Positions 15,927 to 20,000 of a stretch of DNA of 20,000 nucleotides are shown here, one piece after another (the stretch's first letter is position 1; each line of letters begins with the position of its first letter). The notes under the pieces are model-generated. The model had not been told where the DNA came from. It made no database searches and saw only the letters and a list, made by a program, of their open reading frames with translations. The DNA comes from an uncultured virus (IMG/VR IMGVR_UViG_3300027896_000027) (lineage: Duplodnaviria; Heunggongvirae; Uroviricota; Caudoviricetes). The position numbers and the translations under genes are program-made. The stretch lies in the IMG/VR virus record IMGVR_UViG_3300027896_000027; one strand, 5' to 3'.

Positions 15927-16274
15927 ATGGCGAGCTATTGGGTAAAGATCCAAGTGAGTGGAAGCAATATCAAGTCAGTAAGAAAAAAGATGGAGAAGGT
16001 TTTTCCAGGAGAGGCGTTCAGTGTGGATAAGATCAACCCTAATCGTAGCCGAGCTGAGCGGCTGAGCGAAGCCGAAAGCTCAGTGGAAGATGCGAAGAGT
16101 ACTGTCGAAGAGCTCAAAGAGGAGATCGAGAGTTGGATTGGCAATCTTCCTGAGAACCTTGAAGGTGGAAATAAGGCGAGTGAGTTGGAAGAATGTCAGC
16201 AAGCTCTGGAGGAGATTGTCGACGGCCTGGAGCAGATAGACTTCAGCAGTGTCAATTTTCCCGGTATGATGTAA
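15927..16274 (+). CDS. Hypothetical acidic coiled-coil protein
   Basis: AAAGGAGG RBS before ATG 15927; ELKEEIESWIGNLPENLEGG..A.ELEE helical region. Confidence 0.7.
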   Translation: MASYWVKIQVSGSNIKSVRKKMEKVFPGEAFSVDKINPNRSRAERLSEAESSVEDAKSTVEELKEEIESWIGNLPENLEGGNKASELEECQQALEEIVDGLEQIDFSSVNFPGMM

Positions 16275-16288
16275 AGGAGGAGACGTAA

Positions 16289-16504
16289 ATGAAGCAAATA
16301 GATAATGTCAATTTTCACCTCACAATGACAAAGAGATTTATTTCTATCACCATTAAATATACTTGCCTTTGTGGAAGCACCATTACAGCACATCGGTACA
16401 TCCCGGGAGGAAACCAGCCCATCGTGTGTGTGAAGTGCGGTAAAACCTTGAGGTTGGTAGAGAGGAGGAAAAGTGAATATCGAAAGAGTTCGAATCAACT
16501 ATGA
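16289..16504 (+). CDS. Small Zn-ribbon protein (YTCLCG...CVKCG)
   Basis: AAAGGAGG RBS; CxC and CxxC motifs. Confidence 0.65.
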   Translation: MKQIDNVNFHLTMTKRFISITIKYTCLCGSTITAHRYIPGGNQPIVCVKCGKTLRLVERRKSEYRKSSNQL

Positions 16505-16997
16505 TGACTACAGACGGCTTATCGCCGAAAGAGCATGGTACTGGGCCGAACGCACAGGATGGGATTTTGCAGAACTAATGGCGGAGGGTAATCTTGTTTT
16601 CGTCCTGGCCCTTCGAGAATGGAAGAGGGAGAGATCTCGCTTTTCTACATTCCTTTATATTCGACTCAACGGTCGCTTTGGCAACTTGACCAAAGGACTC
16701 TGGAGAGGAGAAATAGCGGACGTAGATCCAGATCAGATTTCGTCTTCCGACGGCAATCCTGAGCATGTAGAAGCTTTAAAGGAGATGATTAGGCACTTGT
16801 CTAAAGATGCCCGAACCCTGGTCGAGTGCATCCTGGAGACCCCGCGAGATCTGATGTGGATGGTTGGACATCATGGGAAAGGTGTCAAAATTACTAAGCG
16901 TAAGCTCGAGAAGTATTTTGTCCAGAAAAAGGGTTGGAGCCACCCGCGGTGCTGGCAGGCGTCCTCAGAGATTCGTTTAGCGTTGAATACCTTATAA
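16473..16997 (+). CDS. Phage-encoded sigma70-family (region 2-containing) sigma factor-like protein
   Basis: ELMAEGNLVFVLALREWKRERSRFSTFLY resembles sigma region 2 (DLIQEGN.GL..A...F......FSTYA); AGGAGG RBS before the GTG; helical C-terminus. Confidence 0.7.
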   Translation: MNIERVRINYDDYRRLIAERAWYWAERTGWDFAELMAEGNLVFVLALREWKRERSRFSTFLYIRLNGRFGNLTKGLWRGEIADVDPDQISSSDGNPEHVEALKEMIRHLSKDARTLVECILETPRDLMWMVGHHGKGVKITKRKLEKYFVQKKGWSHPRCWQASSEIRLALNTL

Positions 16998-17011
16998 AAG
17001 AGGGGGTTAAA

Positions 17012-19009
17012 ATGAGCCAAACAGCCGACAAGGCCACTAAAGCGCAACCTGTTACCACCTATGAGGAGTTATCTCAATTAATTGACTCCTCTCCAGAGTG
17101 GACTGTGGGTTGCCTCATCAAGCTCTACCAGTTACAGACTCCAGATGAGCAACAGGCGCGGGCTACCCATCATCTCAATGATTGCGGGTTCAATAGCTTC
17201 GATGCCGGCCCCTTGACCAGCATGGCCCGGTTCTATTTGGACAGAGGGTTTCTGACGCTGAGACAGCTGGCTTTTGCCCGCAATACTCTTAAGAAGTATG
17301 TTAATCAGTTGCTCCAGGTTGGAGTTGATCCCTTGCCCGTTAAGCCTTTCACTCCAGTCCGAGAGAGAACCATCCAGACGGCCTCTCTGTTACTTAAAGA
17401 TGAGAAACCGGTGGGGATTCAGGTTCGGTTCAACTTCCCAAGAGGGGATAAGCGGTTCGGTGAGATGGTCGCCAACATTAAGAGTCTGCCTGACCGCCAC
17501 TGGATTCCTGAACAGAAGTATTGGAGAGTAGGCTTATCATTGGAAGGGGGGAAGAAACTGAAAGAGTGGGGATTTCAATTCTCTGACGGCCTCCAGAAGT
17601 GGTTTGATGATTTGGTCAGACCTGTCGATGAGAAGTCCATAGACATGAGCCAGCTTGATTCCCGTCTCTATCCGTTTCAACGTACGGGGGTAGCTTTTAT
17701 CGAATCTCGGAAAGGGAGGGCATTGATTGGTGATGAAATGGGGCTCGGGAAAACTGCTGAGGCTGTTTCCTGGCTCAAGCTTCATCCTGATTTGAGACCT
17801 GTAATTGTGGTTTGCCCAGCGTCATTGAAAATCAATTGGGAGAGAGAACTGAAATTGTGGGGGCTTGAGAAGGAGAGGATTCAAATCGTTTCTGGAAAGA
17901 AAAATGGTTATGTCTTAACTGGTCAGATTATCATTATTAACTATGATATTCTGACAGCTTGGCTGGGAGCTCTGGAGACTTACAAGCCGAGGGTTGTAAT
18001 CCTTGACGAAGTCCATTATACGAAATCTCGAAAAGCTCAAAGGACTAAAGCCTCTAAGGTATTGGCCAAAAAGGTCCCTCATATAATCGCACTTAGCGGT
18101 ACTCCAATCGTCAATCGACCAATAGAATTTTTCAATTCCATAAATATGATTCGTCCAGACATATTCCCTGATTTTTGGTCTTTTGCTCAGAACTTTTGTG
18201 GTGCACAGTGGAATGGATTTGGATGGAACTTCAGCGGGGCCACCAATACTGATAAGCTCCACAAACTTCTAACAGAAACCATCATGCTCCGGCGTCTCAA
18301 GAAAGATGTCCTAAAAGATCTTCCTGACAAGGTTCATGCGGTAGTGCCTTTTGAGATTGAAAATAGAGATGAGTATAACCGGGCATCGACTAACATCATT
18401 GATTGGATTCTGAAGAATGAGGGGAAAGAGAAAGCCGATCGAGCTTCGCAGGCGGAGGTTTTAGTGGAATTTGAAAAGCTCAAACAGTTGGCTGTAAGGG
18501 GGAAGATAGAATTTGTCAAAGAGTGGGTTGCTGACTTCCTGGAGTCTGAAGAGAAGTTAGTCCTGTTCGCCACTCACACTTTAACCCTTGATATGCTCCA
18601 ACGGGCTTTTCCAAAGATTTCTGTTCGGCTTGATGGATCAACATCTCAGAAGGACCGACAGAGGGTAGTTGATGAGTTTCAGAATAATAATAGGGTCAAA
18701 CTCTTCCTGGGGAATGTTAAAGCGGCGGGGATTGGTATTACCCTCACCTCAGCCAGTAATGTTGCCTTTGTAGAACTCCCTTGGACCCCAGGAGATTATG
18801 AACAAGCTTCTGATCGGCTCCATAGGATAGGCCAGAAGGACACGGTCAACGTCTGGACGCTGGTGGCTCAGGACACCGTTGAAGAAGATATCGCAGTCAT
18901 ACTTTCAGAGAAACAAAAGGTCTTGGCAGCGGTTCTGGATGGTAGGCAAGTTGATGAAGGAACGGTCCTAAGTCTGTTGATTCAAAAGATAAAAGAAAAA
19001 AGACTTTAA
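17012..19009 (+). CDS. SNF2-family helicase/ATPase (SMARCAL1/HARP-like) with extra N-terminal domain
   Basis: LYPFQ, DEMGLGKT, VCPASLKINW, DEVH, LSGTPIVN, LRRLKKDVL, GIGITLT, QASDRLHRIGQ; start at ATG 17012 after GAGGGGG. Confidence 0.92.
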   Translation: MSQTADKATKAQPVTTYEELSQLIDSSPEWTVGCLIKLYQLQTPDEQQARATHHLNDCGFNSFDAGPLTSMARFYLDRGFLTLRQLAFARNTLKKYVNQLLQVGVDPLPVKPFTPVRERTIQTASLLLKDEKPVGIQVRFNFPRGDKRFGEMVANIKSLPDRHWIPEQKYWRVGLSLEGGKKLKEWGFQFSDGLQKWFDDLVRPVDEKSIDMSQLDSRLYPFQRTGVAFIESRKGRALIGDEMGLGKTAEAVSWLKLHPDLRPVIVVCPASLKINWERELKLWGLEKERIQIVSGKKNGYVLTGQIIIINYDILTAWLGALETYKPRVVILDEVHYTKSRKAQRTKASKVLAKKVPHIIALSGTPIVNRPIEFFNSINMIRPDIFPDFWSFAQNFCGAQWNGFGWNFSGATNTDKLHKLLTETIMLRRLKKDVLKDLPDKVHAVVPFEIENRDEYNRASTNIIDWILKNEGKEKADRASQAEVLVEFEKLKQLAVRGKIEFVKEWVADFLESEEKLVLFATHTLTLDMLQRAFPKISVRLDGSTSQKDRQRVVDEFQNNNRVKLFLGNVKAAGIGITLTSASNVAFVELPWTPGDYEQASDRLHRIGQKDTVNVWTLVAQDTVEEDIAVILSEKQKVLAAVLDGRQVDEGTVLSLLIQKIKEKRL

Positions 19010-19053
19010 AGAAATTTGTTTCCTTATATAATATAAAGAAAGGAGGAAGGGTC

Positions 19054-19584
19054 ATGGCTAAATGCTCACTTTGTGGAGGCAAGGCAGATGAGGAGGATAA
19101 GTGCAAAGGGTGTGAAGCCTACATTTGTCAAAACTGTTTGGAAGACGATTGTGTCTCTGGTCCTCATACCTCAGATGCACACTTTACCAGTAAGAGAGAA
19201 CGTGAACAAGAGTCTGGCAGCTCAAAAGCTCAAACCGAAGCTCTTCAAAAGGCTTGGAGTCAGGGGGCAGAAAGAGCAAGATTCTCGACCCCTCACTTCA
19301 CCCGTACTGTCCCGATTCCTTCTCTGGAGAAGCCAGCTCGTCTAATTCACTATTGTGCCAAAGAGAATATCAGACAGTTTTTCGATGTTTGCAAAGATAA
19401 GAAGTGCGGGCATCTCCGTCCCCTTCGCCCACCGGATGAGGGAAGTTGTGACTTCGTACCAAAGAAACAAAAAGACGAGGAGAAGCATATAAACAAAAAG
19501 AAGAATGGCAAAAGGGGCAGAAAGCAACCTACTACAGTACAAGACCGAGAAGAAGAATTTGTAGAGGGAAACTCCAATGGATAA
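19054..19584 (+). CDS. Hypothetical Cys-rich (Zn-finger) protein
   Basis: AAAGGAGG RBS; CSLC, CKGC, CQNC motifs. Confidence 0.65.
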   Translation: MAKCSLCGGKADEEDKCKGCEAYICQNCLEDDCVSGPHTSDAHFTSKREREQESGSSKAQTEALQKAWSQGAERARFSTPHFTRTVPIPSLEKPARLIHYCAKENIRQFFDVCKDKKCGHLRPLRPPDEGSCDFVPKKQKDEEKHINKKKNGKRGRKQPTTVQDREEEFVEGNSNG

Positions 19585-19918
19585 CAATTTTCTTCCTAAC
19601 ATCAGATGTCCCTTCTGTAATCATGTTGGCCCTTATGCCATTTCGGGATTTGGTGGAGAGTTAAATGTCAGAGTAAAAAAATGCCCGAAGTGCAAGCGAG
19701 AATTTGTAATGATCGTTTATGCCTGCGCTTTGCTCCCTGGGGCTAAACCAGATGCCGACGACATACTTGCCTCTCTTAAAGAAAGAACCAAATGGCTTAG
19801 AAGACAGAGAAAGAAAACCGTTGGTATGCTACTCCTTGAACACAATTCTGCCAAGAAGCTTTATGATGAGTCTTTAGAGCAAGCGCGGAAAATGGCCGAG
19901 AAAAGGAGGATGAATTGA
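19577..19918 (+). CDS. Hypothetical Zn-ribbon protein
   Basis: CPFC...CPKC; overlaps the upstream stop codon. Confidence 0.65.
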   Translation: MDNNFLPNIRCPFCNHVGPYAISGFGGELNVRVKKCPKCKREFVMIVYACALLPGAKPDADDILASLKERTKWLRRQRKKTVGMLLLEHNSAKKLYDESLEQARKMAEKRRMN

Positions 19919-19948
19919 GTAGGCAAAAGAATCATGAGGGAAATACCA

Positions 19949-20000
19949 ATGATTGACTTCCAACGCTTCTGTCAGGACTTCTATATTTCAACTGCCCCCC
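19949..20000 (+). CDS. Start of next gene (truncated), function unknown
   Basis: GAGGG RBS, then MIDFQRFCQDFYISTAP open to the window end; too short to assign. Confidence 0.4.
   Translation, partial: MIDFQRFCQDFYISTAP

Noticed and set aside
19010..19040. Possible promoter (TATAAT) before the gene at 19054
   Set aside because: Only a -10 hexamer in a short AT-rich gap; no convincing -35 or extended -10.
1..20000. Integrase, att sites, transposase or host genes marking a prophage boundary
   Set aside because: None seen; lifestyle and host cannot be determined from this window.

Overview
Window from a tailed bacteriophage (or prophage). Every credible gene lies on the + strand, most with strong AGGAGG-type ribosome-binding sites. 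1-7173 is the end of a virion/tail module: a tail-tip protein apparently split over two in-frame ORFs, a cement/fibre-like protein, and a 1031-aa DUF2341-like, beta-propeller protein with two mucin-like Thr/Ser tracts. 7186-8914 holds a GT-A glycosyltransferase with the DxH and WGG...W..G.....VP.S...H motifs of polypeptide GalNAc-transferases, plus a hexapeptide acetyltransferase; this is a candidate phage-encoded mucin-type virion O-glycosylation cassette. 8936-12032 is a lysis-like cassette (membrane proteins, papain-like peptidase, lipoprotein SLT transglycosylase, spanin-like pair). 12033-12693 is a non-coding control region with a sigma70-like promoter, a boxA-like element, tandem loop-E hairpins and a circularly permuted twister ribozyme. 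12694-20000 is an early/replication region of small ORFs with a complete type I hammerhead ribozyme at 13977-14031, a phage sigma factor and a SNF2/HARP-like helicase. The two ribozymes bracket a ~1.39 kb small-gene block and each is followed by a near-identical leader/RBS. All calls come from manual reading; no database searches were run.
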